This document shows, in pieces, positions 53,601 through 62,145 of a stretch of DNA of 64,000 nucleotides. The DNA comes from Candidatus Heimdallarchaeota archaeon (GTDB taxonomy: Archaea > Asgardarchaeota > Heimdallarchaeia > Hodarchaeales > Hodarchaeaceae): positions 32,001 to 96,000 of the forward strand of contig DXJL01000156.1 in the NCBI GenBank assembly GCA_019057635.1, written 5' to 3'. The notes under the pieces were generated by a model. It was given only the letters and a program-made list of their open reading frames with translations. It had not been told where the DNA came from and searched no databases. Made by a program: the position numbers and the translations under genes. The stretch's first letter is position 1. Each line of letters begins with the position of its first letter.

Positions 53601-54641
53601 ATTGAAATTGAGAGGATTGACGCATCTGATCAGTTTAAATCTCGATTAAATGGCCTACGTGATGCTCTAAACTCTTCCCTTGCATACTATTCTTTAGTTC
53701 CCTCCGCTTATATAGTACCGCTTGCATTTAATGGAATTACATCTGTTTACAATCTAATTCAAACAGAATTTTCCCAATTAGAAGATCCTACTGGGGTAAT
53801 AACAGAGGAATCTTATAACTTCGCTAGAAATTCAGTAAATTTAGTAGACATCTTAACTCACAAGAAAACAGAGTCTGAATTCCGAGTGAAGCTTTCTTCT
53901 TTACGAGCTTTTACTCCTAATCAACTTACAAAGATACAGGAACTCGGTGTTGATAACATAATTGATTTATACTTTCGATTAGACTCCGAAAGGTGTCCAA
54001 AATCCTTGATACCAGCGATAGATGGTGTTAAGCGAGTTCTTGAGAAACCTGTTGCAGTTTTACCTCTTGTTAAGGAAACATTCCCCGAAAAAATTCCTTT
54101 GCTGTATAATGTTGGTCTAACCTCAATTATAGAATTCTTGTTCTGGAATAAGGATGAACTGGCTGAAATTCTTGAGGTGAAAAGATATGAAATTTCCAAA
54201 TATCGAAAAGTCAATCTCTCTGAGTTGAAACGGAAGAAGAATTTGGGAACTCCTATCCAGAATTTTGTTCGGCTTTCAGAGAAATATTATGAACCACTAC
54301 ATGAATTTGGCATTGACAATATTGAAGATCTGTATTTTAATGGTAAACGGTATGCTAAATTAATACCTGATGAGCTAGTTCCTCAAAAAGTATTGAATGC
54401 CTGCATATCTGACTTAGAAATGCCAGTAGTAAAACTAGCTGAACTACCCATACCATCTGCTCAGGAGTTAGTAAAGAAAAGAATCACGAGAATTATTGAT
54501 TTTATTTATTGGCCTGATGAGGATTTGAAGAAAACCCGTGGTCTTTCTGCTGCAAAAATAAAGAAGATAAGATCTAATGTTAGATTACGAAGGAAAACTG
54601 ATGTTTTAGGTCAATTGGACTCCTATATGGGAGGAAATTAA
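47685..54641 (+). CDS. top6B: DNA topoisomerase VI subunit B with about 1750-aa C-terminal array of HhH repeats
   Basis: GHKL motifs RELVENGLDA, DNGSG, RGRFGLGAK, GTEV; transducer RFANRIPL and SKE; then about 28 repeats of L...GI.TI.(D/E)(F/L). Confidence 0.93.
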   Translation: MSPASKPSKKTITSEKVVRRSAADFFQDNKAIAGFDNSMRVVFTSVRELVENGLDAAERMGHLPELHVTIKKLQKEEIARLLNVKSFESSEKLDFLRLTVRDNGSGIQCEFIPPLFGRVLTGSNYGSRQSRGRFGLGAKMVLLNAMSSVDLPLIIKSKYINEDFTSYHELMINLAENEPIILAQREIPQNTAEAIFESGTEVSVTFTGAWNLASRYIYEYFFQLAMITPYASFFIQYPDSEAPIALERVVEEMPTYPRIAKVHPWGTDITQFKRELSVTNSETMEVFLQEHFQGMGPKIARDFLDFVKIDYLLNPKKLSATAIRRIIHEGFAVPDRDKTKRKDQKYFPFKRPSGDSLSPLSWELLEKGISKELSPQFAKATSGDVSAHSGHPFIVEAALAYGGPNLSKDEGSRGANPKIYRFANRIPLLFGAGNDIISKCVQKMNWKNYKININKAPIAIVVSVVSSKIPFPETSKEYIADVDELRDEIYRVLKKLARGLSQHLGRAERERRENQRQSRFESAAPKVIQNLSQILISENSPYLLTSAEEISKLQKALASAIPRLVRRAYPPSPQISTIGEWLPMDIHLKLVENNIQTIYQFLRTPVPELNRITGMSVERIDAIVRKTVTKQEQTYRSPIIREFEFFSKEIERDFSKYRNSNTIHKSLNKRWIVNAFDFFSTPASQLREVDEFPEKLVYETKIKTISEFSESTSDDTFSLELLPWITGDIEKGFNSAKIKNILEYLVTFPEKLSSIPKLAIRLIENAKEEIREGVKEGYIDPEKVIGASTFDWMDYHVTPKLRGRKISKIIEFLNTPSEKLAELNELIDNLIIKSKHKLKEAFHSYNDKTSLFRIPGIHESMLSDLDRLNVQGFIDFLLINEKDLLIVRGLIDALILIKQDEILDEINSTFDPVPIKKAYWLDLELEKILLKKGISTIFDFISYPTTELRKIKGMDSMVLETIKKTYGTPITLLDSAAVGKLESLEILCLEELISVLSRNKIKPKPLSDKVKGILEQLKVPICYLPIPSKYYALLHHLGISKVINFLIWPDHDLHRKSGISYKIIEDIKSKITLESIQKQILLKKRPISILANNLEGKYWAKLLNSDLSVQELYYNLPYNESSIQKLQLTQKETNMLIDLFNTPITRLSHIRPRWVDSLRSGGIKSFIDFISWSPDEIAGIIGRDTEYVSELTKNIPKFSDGMALIDLGVFTAAEMKTLKTRGYSTVESVYFCADKQTFGIMGVKWKKIERYQRILETPIAMIQLQASSDESQIRFSHDGLEGLANNGIDQIIKLIYWPPNELKSILNISQKRIDELKQAVAIKEHGMPLEQVAGYNRKTISTLTNYGIETVEDLYFSANEDMLDEEDDLDFSYVNKSIEALDLPITYLNGIIPTKYVEKLVNYRLDTILRFLISSPNELSTVLETPPENVENLRNKINLMRLRESTETSVSIIEGLTRQQTRALAEENILSIYKFLTTPDEQIANIIEIEPEFLKTMKLELNFAGIKTIKEEKMIPLTKISLFDKNTVKKFARYGIESLADLYYVATPKSIEESDLEWQTILDTRLVLEMPIETSTIITKSELKAFHQKKIYSIFDLMIDSWEELNKKTGIEIERIKKIQDSIRINEIINLLKNLSIERIDFPLDYLQKINAKNLTTVYNLLISTEEDLFLKKHKEKKIRVTTELWTELFTILAIPLYLILGSDNEDVKKLKQKKVDTIRHVYSIDSEKLTNILGQPAETLYSELSNLDTKELNQLLAIPISFIPSLPIEWFFSLRNDSILRVGDFIRLNHRDLVSLVSASFPKIRSVFNDINFASLMKKLEEEAIEVTKLSGVLPPQTIKKLSTKGITSLQALILFSSDESKLDGVDDFLRILDGPINRLSEEFQVADLRKMSNSGITTLASWFSAPNDGLSTILRMRCKEINDLKQNFNFELAGKAVDSEITVSSIIESGFIDFSELSSHKVNTLEDLLFIEIERIDASDQFKSRLNGLRDALNSSLAYYSLVPSAYIVPLAFNGITSVYNLIQTEFSQLEDPTGVITEESYNFARNSVNLVDILTHKKTESEFRVKLSSLRAFTPNQLTKIQELGVDNIIDLYFRLDSERCPKSLIPAIDGVKRVLEKPVAVLPLVKETFPEKIPLLYNVGLTSIIEFLFWNKDELAEILEVKRYEISKYRKVNLSELKRKKNLGTPIQNFVRLSEKYYEPLHEFGIDNIEDLYFNGKRYAKLIPDELVPQKVLNACISDLEMPVVKLAELPIPSAQELVKKRITRIIDFIYWPDEDLKKTRGLSAAKIKKIRSNVRLRRKTDVLGQLDSYMGGN

Positions 54642-54643
54642 GC

Positions 54644-56053
54644 GTGTCTGAAAAAAAACAACAAACAATAGTTTTGGAAGATTATTCTTTCAAGAATAAA
54701 GTAATTAAAGTGAAAATGGAACAAAATGATACGGTTCAAGGAGTTATTGGTCTGATAAAGACTGCTCTTGGACTTAAAAAAGAAAAAATTCATATTTTAT
54801 TTGGATTGAAGAAATCAAAATCCTTTGAAGTTTTAACAAAAAAGAGTCTCTCAAAATTATGGGAAATGACTGATCAAGGAGATGTTGTACTCCAGGTTCG
54901 TCGGAAAGTAAGCTTAACTGGATTAAAAAAAATAAGAGATACTGTCCGTGATTCAGATATTGATCTTCCAGTATCCATCTTGAAAGTTGATAATGTTTCT
55001 GCTGAAGAAACAAAATCTCGCTTAAATAGAGTCGCTTTAGAATTTCTGGATGAAATTGCAGAGGATCCACGGAATGCAGCTTTTCGGATTCCCTCCCGAA
55101 GTTCTGAAAATGTCGGTTATGATAATAATTCTAGAATGGTTCTTCTAGGGAGTAATGTTGTTGACAGACAATTCCGTCATTTAAGTAGTGTTCAAAGCGT
55201 CGTCCAATTAACTGGTTTAATGCGATATGTTACTGAAATTCTTGCAACTGAAAAACATGCAACAAAAAGACATTTATTTTATCGTGATGTGAACCTTTTC
55301 GGAAATCAAAGAGTTTCTGATGGATTGATCGAGGATCTTGGAGCCTTACTACGTGTATCGAGAAATTCGTTAAACGTTATTGCTTCTGCGAAAGGAAAAG
55401 TTATTGGAAGGCTTTCTTTCACCGAAGGTGGTGATCATATTGATTGTACGAAAGGATTGGGTGGGCACGCAATTACACCTATGCTTGATCAGGTGGAGAA
55501 CTTTGATAGTGATGCAGAATTCATGTTAATAATTGAGAAAGATGCAGTTTTCCAAGATTTAGCGGAGGATAAATTCTTTAATTATCTCCCCTGCATACTA
55601 ATAACTGCCTCAGGACAACCTGACATGGCTACTCGGTTATTTATAAAAAAGGCATATCAAGAATTAAAAATTCCTATTTTAGGGTTTTTAGATGCTGATC
55701 CTTATGGATTAGACATTTTGAGAGTATATTCAATAGGTAGTAAAGCTTTGAGTTTTGAAAGTGTTGAGTTGGCTGTACCTGATATTCGATGGTTGGGTTT
55801 ATTACCTTCTGATATTGAGGAATATCAAATTCCAAAATCGGTTTTAATTAAAATGACAGAAAATGACAATAAACGGGCTGATGACTTGTTGAAAGAAGAT
55901 TTTGTCAAATCACGTCCTGAGTGGGAAAAACAGATACTTATTATGAAAAATACAGGCAATAAAGCTGAAATACAGGCGTTAGCAAGTAAGAATTGGCGGT
56001 ATATGACTGGAACATATCTTCCGACAAAGATTGATTCAGCAGACTGGGTATAG
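54644..56053 (+). CDS. top6A: DNA topoisomerase VI subunit A (Spo11 homolog) with N-terminal extension
   Basis: TKRHLFY (catalytic Tyr), IEKDAVF, G.PD.ATR, D.DPYG, KAEIQAL. Confidence 0.95.
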   Translation: MSEKKQQTIVLEDYSFKNKVIKVKMEQNDTVQGVIGLIKTALGLKKEKIHILFGLKKSKSFEVLTKKSLSKLWEMTDQGDVVLQVRRKVSLTGLKKIRDTVRDSDIDLPVSILKVDNVSAEETKSRLNRVALEFLDEIAEDPRNAAFRIPSRSSENVGYDNNSRMVLLGSNVVDRQFRHLSSVQSVVQLTGLMRYVTEILATEKHATKRHLFYRDVNLFGNQRVSDGLIEDLGALLRVSRNSLNVIASAKGKVIGRLSFTEGGDHIDCTKGLGGHAITPMLDQVENFDSDAEFMLIIEKDAVFQDLAEDKFFNYLPCILITASGQPDMATRLFIKKAYQELKIPILGFLDADPYGLDILRVYSIGSKALSFESVELAVPDIRWLGLLPSDIEEYQIPKSVLIKMTENDNKRADDLLKEDFVKSRPEWEKQILIMKNTGNKAEIQALASKNWRYMTGTYLPTKIDSADWV

Positions 56054-56065
56054 GTCTTTGGATAT

Positions 56066-56734
56066 ATGTGTCCTCTTACATTCAGCATTTTTCCTGAATT
56101 TAAGGAGAATTATTCCTATTATGCCCTCCAAAAAAATCTTGAATTAGTTGAAAGCGTTGTCCACTTCTCTAGAGGCCAATTCATGGGTCCAGAGAAAATT
56201 GAACTAATCAAAGAAAAACTCGGAAAAAAGTTGAAAGGGACCCGTTTTTACCCAGGAGGATCTAGTGTTCTTTTTGGATGGAGTTTTCCGTCTGAACAAG
56301 TAGGAAGGTTGATGTACAAACCATATTATAAACGGCATTTGACTCAATTGCTTATCCATTATTTTTGTATTGGTGAATTCGTAACTTCACTTAAAGAAAT
56401 TGATCTAGAACCTGATATGCAAAAAATTCATTTTATGACCCCAAAAGTAATTGGGATAGCAAAAATAGAGGCTTTTGAAAAAGAATTTCCAACTCTCATT
56501 GTTGAAGAAGTCCAAGGTGAAACTATTAAAAAGGATCTGCATTTAGTGAAAGCTATTAGTCATATAACGAAAAATCTAGGCTTGAAGGGACTTATATGCG
56601 ACCCATATCCTGCTAATTGGAAGTATTACTCCGACCAAGACAAAAAACATATTTCTTACATTGATCTCTTTAGTTCAAACACGCTTAAAGATATTAATGC
56701 ACGCATTGCAAAATTGATTAATCAGTTACAATGA
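56066..56734 (+). CDS. Atypical protein-kinase-like protein
   Basis: GGSS, YK, IVEEVQGE, catalytic-loop-like CDPYPAN, DFG-like YIDL. Confidence 0.55.
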   Translation: MCPLTFSIFPEFKENYSYYALQKNLELVESVVHFSRGQFMGPEKIELIKEKLGKKLKGTRFYPGGSSVLFGWSFPSEQVGRLMYKPYYKRHLTQLLIHYFCIGEFVTSLKEIDLEPDMQKIHFMTPKVIGIAKIEAFEKEFPTLIVEEVQGETIKKDLHLVKAISHITKNLGLKGLICDPYPANWKYYSDQDKKHISYIDLFSSNTLKDINARIAKLINQLQ

Positions 56735-56748
56735 GTTGAGAATGAATA

Positions 56749-57315
56749 TCAACTCTGGTCACGATACGATACAGCGCGTCTAATAGCAGATGCAAATGCA
56801 GAAATAACACCAATGTTCTTAACTGCTGAAGTGGGAAAATATTGAGCATGCATTTTGTCTGCAAATCTCTGTCCGATATCGTCACTCACTTCCCTGTCAG
56901 CCTCTAAATCTACTTTATTACCAATTAGAACAGCTGGACTCTCTGGAATTACCTTTTTTGCTTCTTTAAACCAACTGGGAAGAGATAAAACTGTGAATTC
57001 CCTTGAGATATCAAAAACATAGATTATTGCGTGAGCACCTTCGTAAAAGAGCGGTCGAACTTTATGAAAGGCGGGTTGGCCTGAGAGATCCCAAAAAATA
57101 GCAGTGGTTGTACTTTTTCCTTCACTAGGGCTTTTGAGTTTAATAAAGGAGATATCTGCGCCAGCTGTAGGTTTATGTTCAAAATTACGTTTAGTAAAGA
57201 CGGAAACAAGTTGTGTTTTTCCAACTAATGCATCGCCTGCTACAACAATTTTATATTGACTATAATGAGGGATTTCAAATAGTATATCATTAGGTGCGGA
57301 CAAGATAAGAACCAC
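56749..57315 (-). CDS. Rab-like small GTPase
   Basis: GDALVGKT, PTAG, WDLSGQ, GNKVD, TSA; no C-terminal prenylation Cys. Confidence 0.93.
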   Translation of the reverse strand: MVLILSAPNDILFEIPHYSQYKIVVAGDALVGKTQLVSVFTKRNFEHKPTAGADISFIKLKSPSEGKSTTTAIFWDLSGQPAFHKVRPLFYEGAHAIIYVFDISREFTVLSLPSWFKEAKKVIPESPAVLIGNKVDLEADREVSDDIGQRFADKMHAQYFPTSAVKNIGVISAFASAIRRAVSYRDQS

Positions 57316-57560
57316 TCATACATTTAATCTTGAAAATAAGTTTTTTTTCTTTGAATTGATGATCATATGATAATCCAACTTGAAGTTTATAAGAAACTTT
57401 GCTTATTCAGATATCTTTGGTGAAAGGGAATTATTTTTTTCTTCTTGAAGGAATTCTTCTAAGTGCTTAACACAGAAATACATATTTTTATAGCTTGCAT
57501 ACAAAGGTTCTTGGCACCTAGAGCAAATTTTTTTATCATTCATGGATACATCACACTTAA

Positions 57561-58760
57561 CTACGTTTTCTTGTACTTTTTTAAAGCTGAAACGATTTTT
57601 TTCATACCAAGATTTAATTGTTCTTTGTTAGCGGTGAAACAGATTCTAAAGTATTGATTATGCCCTTCTATCTGTTCCATAGAGAAGTAGGAGCCTGGAA
57701 CTATAGTAACTCCATAATTATACTTCAACCATTTGCAGAAAATTGTCATATCAAGATTTGCTACCTTTGGAAAAAGGTAAAATGCACCTCGTGGTTTAGA
57801 GATCGAAAAGGTATCTGATTTCATGAGAATTTCCAGACACAAATCTCGACGATCCTGATACGTTTTGACCAGCTCTGAAATCGAACGTTTTAATTGAATT
57901 CTATCTTCTAATGCTTTGTAAGCAGCATATTGGGCGAGACTATTCGCACATATGTTCATGGTATGATGAATTACCTTGATTTGATCAATTATGGGAGAAG
58001 GAGCTAATATGTAACCAATTCGGAATCCACACATCGACAACATCTTGCTAAAGCTTTGAATTATAATTGTTCGTTCCCATGCCTCTGGAAAGGAAGCTAT
58101 GGATTGATACGCAAGATCATCAAAAACAATATCACTGTAAATCTCATCAGAAATGATCAAAAAGTTAAATTCGATTGAAAAATCAACTATTTCCTGTAAA
58201 ATTTTCTTAGGAATAATTGTACCTGTTGGATTACCAGGACTAATTAATAATAGTGCTTTAACTGGCTCATTTTCCAGAATTGACCTTAATCTTCCAGCAT
58301 CAATGTTAAAATTATCATTCACCATAGTCTCAAGTGAGAGAATCTTTGCATCGTTATACTTGATGGCATTAATATAGGGGGGATAACTTGGGAAGGGAAT
58401 AATTATATTATCATTAGGGGATAAAATGGCCTTCAATACTGCAAATATCGCGCTCTGTCCTCCAGCGGTGACTAAAACTTCTCTAGGCGAATATGTAAGG
58501 TTATGAAAAGCTTGTTGAAATGCCACAATTGCTTTTCGGAGATATTCTTCACCCATTAGATCTGTATATCTGGTTAAATTCTTATTGAGAGCGTCCACAA
58601 CGGCTTCCTTAATATAAGCGGGAGTGGAAAGATCTGGTTGTCCTATATTCAAATGAATTTGTTCTCTCAGAGGTATCTTTGATTCCCATGAATTAACAAG
58701 ACGAATTCCCGAGATGGGAGTATCAAGCACAACAGGGTTCATGAATTGGTCGTAAAACAA
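57561..58760 (-). CDS. PLP-dependent aminotransferase class I/II
   Basis: IGQPD, P.NPTG, SDEIY, SFSK..M.GFRIG, GAFY. Confidence 0.92.
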   Translation of the reverse strand: MFYDQFMNPVVLDTPISGIRLVNSWESKIPLREQIHLNIGQPDLSTPAYIKEAVVDALNKNLTRYTDLMGEEYLRKAIVAFQQAFHNLTYSPREVLVTAGGQSAIFAVLKAILSPNDNIIIPFPSYPPYINAIKYNDAKILSLETMVNDNFNIDAGRLRSILENEPVKALLLISPGNPTGTIIPKKILQEIVDFSIEFNFLIISDEIYSDIVFDDLAYQSIASFPEAWERTIIIQSFSKMLSMCGFRIGYILAPSPIIDQIKVIHHTMNICANSLAQYAAYKALEDRIQLKRSISELVKTYQDRRDLCLEILMKSDTFSISKPRGAFYLFPKVANLDMTIFCKWLKYNYGVTIVPGSYFSMEQIEGHNQYFRICFTANKEQLNLGMKKIVSALKKYKKT

Positions 58761-58859
58761 TGTACATAATCCACGAGAAAAATGTAAATTAAGGTTTGTT
58801 CTAAATATCCAAAGGTAATTTTTGAGATGGAGTCATTATTGATTGAGAGAGAAATGAGA

Positions 58860-59531
58860 TTAATCCCACACTATTGAGTCAAGGACTTTTGAGGCAATAT
58901 TCACTCCTAAATCGCCTAGAAATGATAAGTCTGAACTATCTTTTTGAGTACCTAATCTTATACACCTATCCTCAGTTGCGATTGTAATTCCATCATGTGG
59001 ATCGACCTGGACAAGTGAGTTTTCTCCCTTTCGCACTGATATCTTCTTTTTATGGATTAAAACAAAGTTATCAGTTGATCCAAGTAGAAATAAATTACTC
59101 TTACCGAAAATAATGTATTTTACATCAGAGTCATTATCAATCTGAATCTTGGTTTCTTTTTTTGTTAAAGATTTTCTGAGCTTGTAAATTAGTTTGTTTG
59201 CTTCGCTCCATATACCTTCTGTCTCATTTGAATCACCATTAACCTTGTATAAAGATTCTTGGACATCTGCTAGTTCTAATCCGAGAATAGCTAAACTTGA
59301 TCCTATAAACTCAGTTGTTTCACCTATAGCTCCATGAGAACGTGTATAAATGACTGAATCCACAATAACACTAATTTTTCCAATCAAAACAACCCCATTC
59401 AGTTCAGAATTACTTTGAAGTTCAACAAAATGCAATTTATCGAGATTTCTTACTTTGAAGTATTTTTCATCAAGAATCTCAGGAGAGCCTCTCCAGGAAT
59501 ATAACTCATCCCCTAGTTCGAGTCTGATCAA
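58860..59531 (-). CDS. Hypothetical protein
   Basis: 223-aa ORF starting 5 nt after the stop of the upstream regulator gene. Confidence 0.65.
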   Translation of the reverse strand: MIRLELGDELYSWRGSPEILDEKYFKVRNLDKLHFVELQSNSELNGVVLIGKISVIVDSVIYTRSHGAIGETTEFIGSSLAILGLELADVQESLYKVNGDSNETEGIWSEANKLIYKLRKSLTKKETKIQIDNDSDVKYIIFGKSNLFLLGSTDNFVLIHKKKISVRKGENSLVQVDPHDGITIATEDRCIRLGTQKDSSDLSFLGDLGVNIASKVLDSIVWD

Positions 59532-59536
59532 TATAT

Positions 59537-60328
59537 TTATTCCTCCTCTTCATATTTAGAGTCTGATTCCTCTTCATCAATAATAATTGGAACGCTTACT
59601 GGTTTTTTTGCTCTATGATAAAGAAATTCTGCTAGCTTTAATGCTTCACGTCCTGCAAAGGTTAACATGTATCTTTCTCTAACTCCTTCTTGATGGACCA
59701 ACCCTTCATCTTTGAGGATTGTAATATGGTGTTTGAAGTTACCACCCCGAATATTTGTCTTTTCAGATAGATCAGATTGACGCAAAGGTTCTTTTTCTAA
59801 CTCTTTCAACATTTGTAATCGTTTTTGATCCGATAATGCACTTAGAAGTTCAGCGCCTCGTTGATAAAATTGATCTAATTCTTCTTCAGGAATTGAAATG
59901 TAAATGTCATTTTTATCACGTTTACTCCTTCTTGTGCGAGGAGTTGCCGAGGAATGGAATAAAGTTCCAACAGATTGATCTATTGAATCCCAAACGGATT
60001 CTAATATACTTCCAATGTATCGTTCCAGTGATGATCCAATATTTTCGCCCCAATCTTTCCAATCTTCTTCATCCCGTGATCTGCGATGTGGGCGTCTCCG
60101 ACTTCGGGTTTTTTTCCCTGTCTTTATTTCTGAATCCTTTACATGTTCGATTTCTTCTCGGATATCATGAAATTCATCTCGAATTTCCCTTTTTAGGTCG
60201 GCGAAGAGATTCTTTATTTCATCAAAGTCCCCAGAATTTCTCTTGGATGAAAATTCATCCTCATCTTTTTCAAATTTATCTGTCAATAATTGATCCTCCA
60301 GAAAGCAATCTAAATTTTCACTCAACAT
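59537..60328 (-). CDS. ArsR-type winged-helix regulator with long charged N-terminal region
   Basis: ALSD.KRL.ML..L...P....DL......GG...HH...L...GLV....ERY.LT..G. Confidence 0.8.
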   Translation of the reverse strand: MLSENLDCFLEDQLLTDKFEKDEDEFSSKRNSGDFDEIKNLFADLKREIRDEFHDIREEIEHVKDSEIKTGKKTRSRRRPHRRSRDEEDWKDWGENIGSSLERYIGSILESVWDSIDQSVGTLFHSSATPRTRRSKRDKNDIYISIPEEELDQFYQRGAELLSALSDQKRLQMLKELEKEPLRQSDLSEKTNIRGGNFKHHITILKDEGLVHQEGVRERYMLTFAGREALKLAEFLYHRAKKPVSVPIIIDEEESDSKYEEEE

Positions 60329-60504
60329 ATGTATGAAGATTGCAATTTACATGAATGTGTAAAAGTCTTACTATTTCCTTTATATACTCTCCTCTTTTGG
60401 CAAAAAATTAGAACTGAAGTCTTACCTGAATTAGTTAAAACATTAGAAATACTGAAATTCTGTCAGAAAATATCAATAAGTGAGATAGTCTGCAGGAAAT
60501 GAGA

Positions 60505-61845
60505 TTAAATAACTGTTGATAGCAGTAATAACCAAATTGTTCCAAGAAACAAATGTATAAGACCTAAAAGACCACCTATTTTCATAAATAGCATGAATGA
60601 GATGGGTGAACCTTCTCTATTTGATAAATTGATGGCTAGAATATTAGCAGGGCTTCCAATAGGTAGAATATTACTTCCTATGTTAACGGCAATTACCAAA
60701 GCCCACCATTGAATAGGGCCTATAATTTGGTCCTCTTGAAGATCAAAGAAAACTGGTGCAAGAGCTGCTGAAATTGGTATATTATCGACAACGGCTGATA
60801 TTATTCCGATTCCAAATGAAATAAATGGTAGAGAGAAGATTAGGGGTAGTTCTAGAAACGGTGTTAGGATTTCTCCCAAAATCTTTAAGAGGCCCAGAAG
60901 TTCTATCGATCCTACAAGAATAAATAACCCCATAATGAAATAAATCGAAATCCATTCAACATCTTCAAATACTTCTTTTGGGTGCATTCCTGAAAAAAGT
61001 AATAAACATGCAGCAATGAGAAGCGCGATTTCTGCCGCTTTCAAATTGATTATACTTCCAAATATAAAGCCTATTACTAAAGTAATCAATCCAATAATTA
61101 CTACGAAGAAAGTTCTTCGGTCTTCAACTAATATGTTGGGGTCAAGGAGAAATATGTCCTCTACTAGGATTTTCGGAGGATCTACGAAAGAGCTGCGGGC
61201 AAAAAGATAATAAACTGGGATTGCAGTGATAAAAAGTATTATACTTAACGGACCCATTACTACAACAAAGTCAAGGAAACTAGCACCGCTTTTTTCCGCA
61301 AGCACTATATTTGGGATACTACCGACAAGAGAGGATATCGAAGCAAAATTCGCCGTTATTGCTTCAATAATAAGCATTGGTCGGAAATCAAATTCTAAAA
61401 TCTTGTAAATCTCCACTGTTAAGGGTGCGATTATTAACATCGTGGTTATTACATCAAAAACGAAGCTAATGACAAATGTTAAAAGGGATAATGATAGTAA
61501 GAGTGTTCTTGGATTGCCTCTAGTAAACCTTACAATTAAAATTGAAATATATTGAAATAATCCTGATTTACTGGAGATAATAGTGATAATCATCATTGCC
61601 GTTATAAAAATTATAGTATTCCATTCTACTTTGGCAACAATTGTATGAAATTCTATTGGATGACCTTCAAACGGCCATTGGCTTACGATAAGCAGGATGG
61701 ATAATGCACTTGCCCCTAGAAGTGCCGAAATTGGTCGATGTAGTTTTTCGCTCGAAATTAGAATGTAAGTTGCTATGAAGATTAAAAGGCCGATAAGTTG
61801 CACTGTTTGATCTTCCATTAAGAACCACTTCATATATTCTCGCAA
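60505..61845 (-). CDS. ArsB/NhaD/P-protein family ion permease
   Basis: About 12 TM helices, W.TI.F, G..PN, VDNIP, PIGSPAN. Confidence 0.88.
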   Translation of the reverse strand: MREYMKWFLMEDQTVQLIGLLIFIATYILISSEKLHRPISALLGASALSILLIVSQWPFEGHPIEFHTIVAKVEWNTIIFITAMMIITIISSKSGLFQYISILIVRFTRGNPRTLLLSLSLLTFVISFVFDVITTMLIIAPLTVEIYKILEFDFRPMLIIEAITANFASISSLVGSIPNIVLAEKSGASFLDFVVVMGPLSIILFITAIPVYYLFARSSFVDPPKILVEDIFLLDPNILVEDRRTFFVVIIGLITLVIGFIFGSIINLKAAEIALLIAACLLLFSGMHPKEVFEDVEWISIYFIMGLFILVGSIELLGLLKILGEILTPFLELPLIFSLPFISFGIGIISAVVDNIPISAALAPVFFDLQEDQIIGPIQWWALVIAVNIGSNILPIGSPANILAINLSNREGSPISFMLFMKIGGLLGLIHLFLGTIWLLLLSTVI

Positions 61846-62145
61846 TTCAGATTTGAAATTTGATCGTATTTCCTAGCTAAAAAGAATTTTGGTAGGATGA
61901 CATGGGGAGGGAAATAAAATAATTTTTTATATCTAATGTTTGAAGTAATCGAAATACGGGTTGTGTAGGAATTCAGGAGTGAATTCTTGTTATGATACAC
62001 GGATTAAACACTAAAGGTTTTGAATTAGCCCTCTAATTACTGACATTGAATTTAGAATATTCTGTTTTAAATCTGGGAATTCCATTAGTTTTTGTTACAA
62101 CAGGTTAGACAACTAATCGTGAAGTGAATGGTCGATTTATTCGCT

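Noticed and set aside
49400-54641. Intein or assembly-expanded repeat explaining Top6B length
   Set aside because: No intein or LAGLIDADG motifs seen, the extension is terminal, and repeat units look divergent at DNA level.
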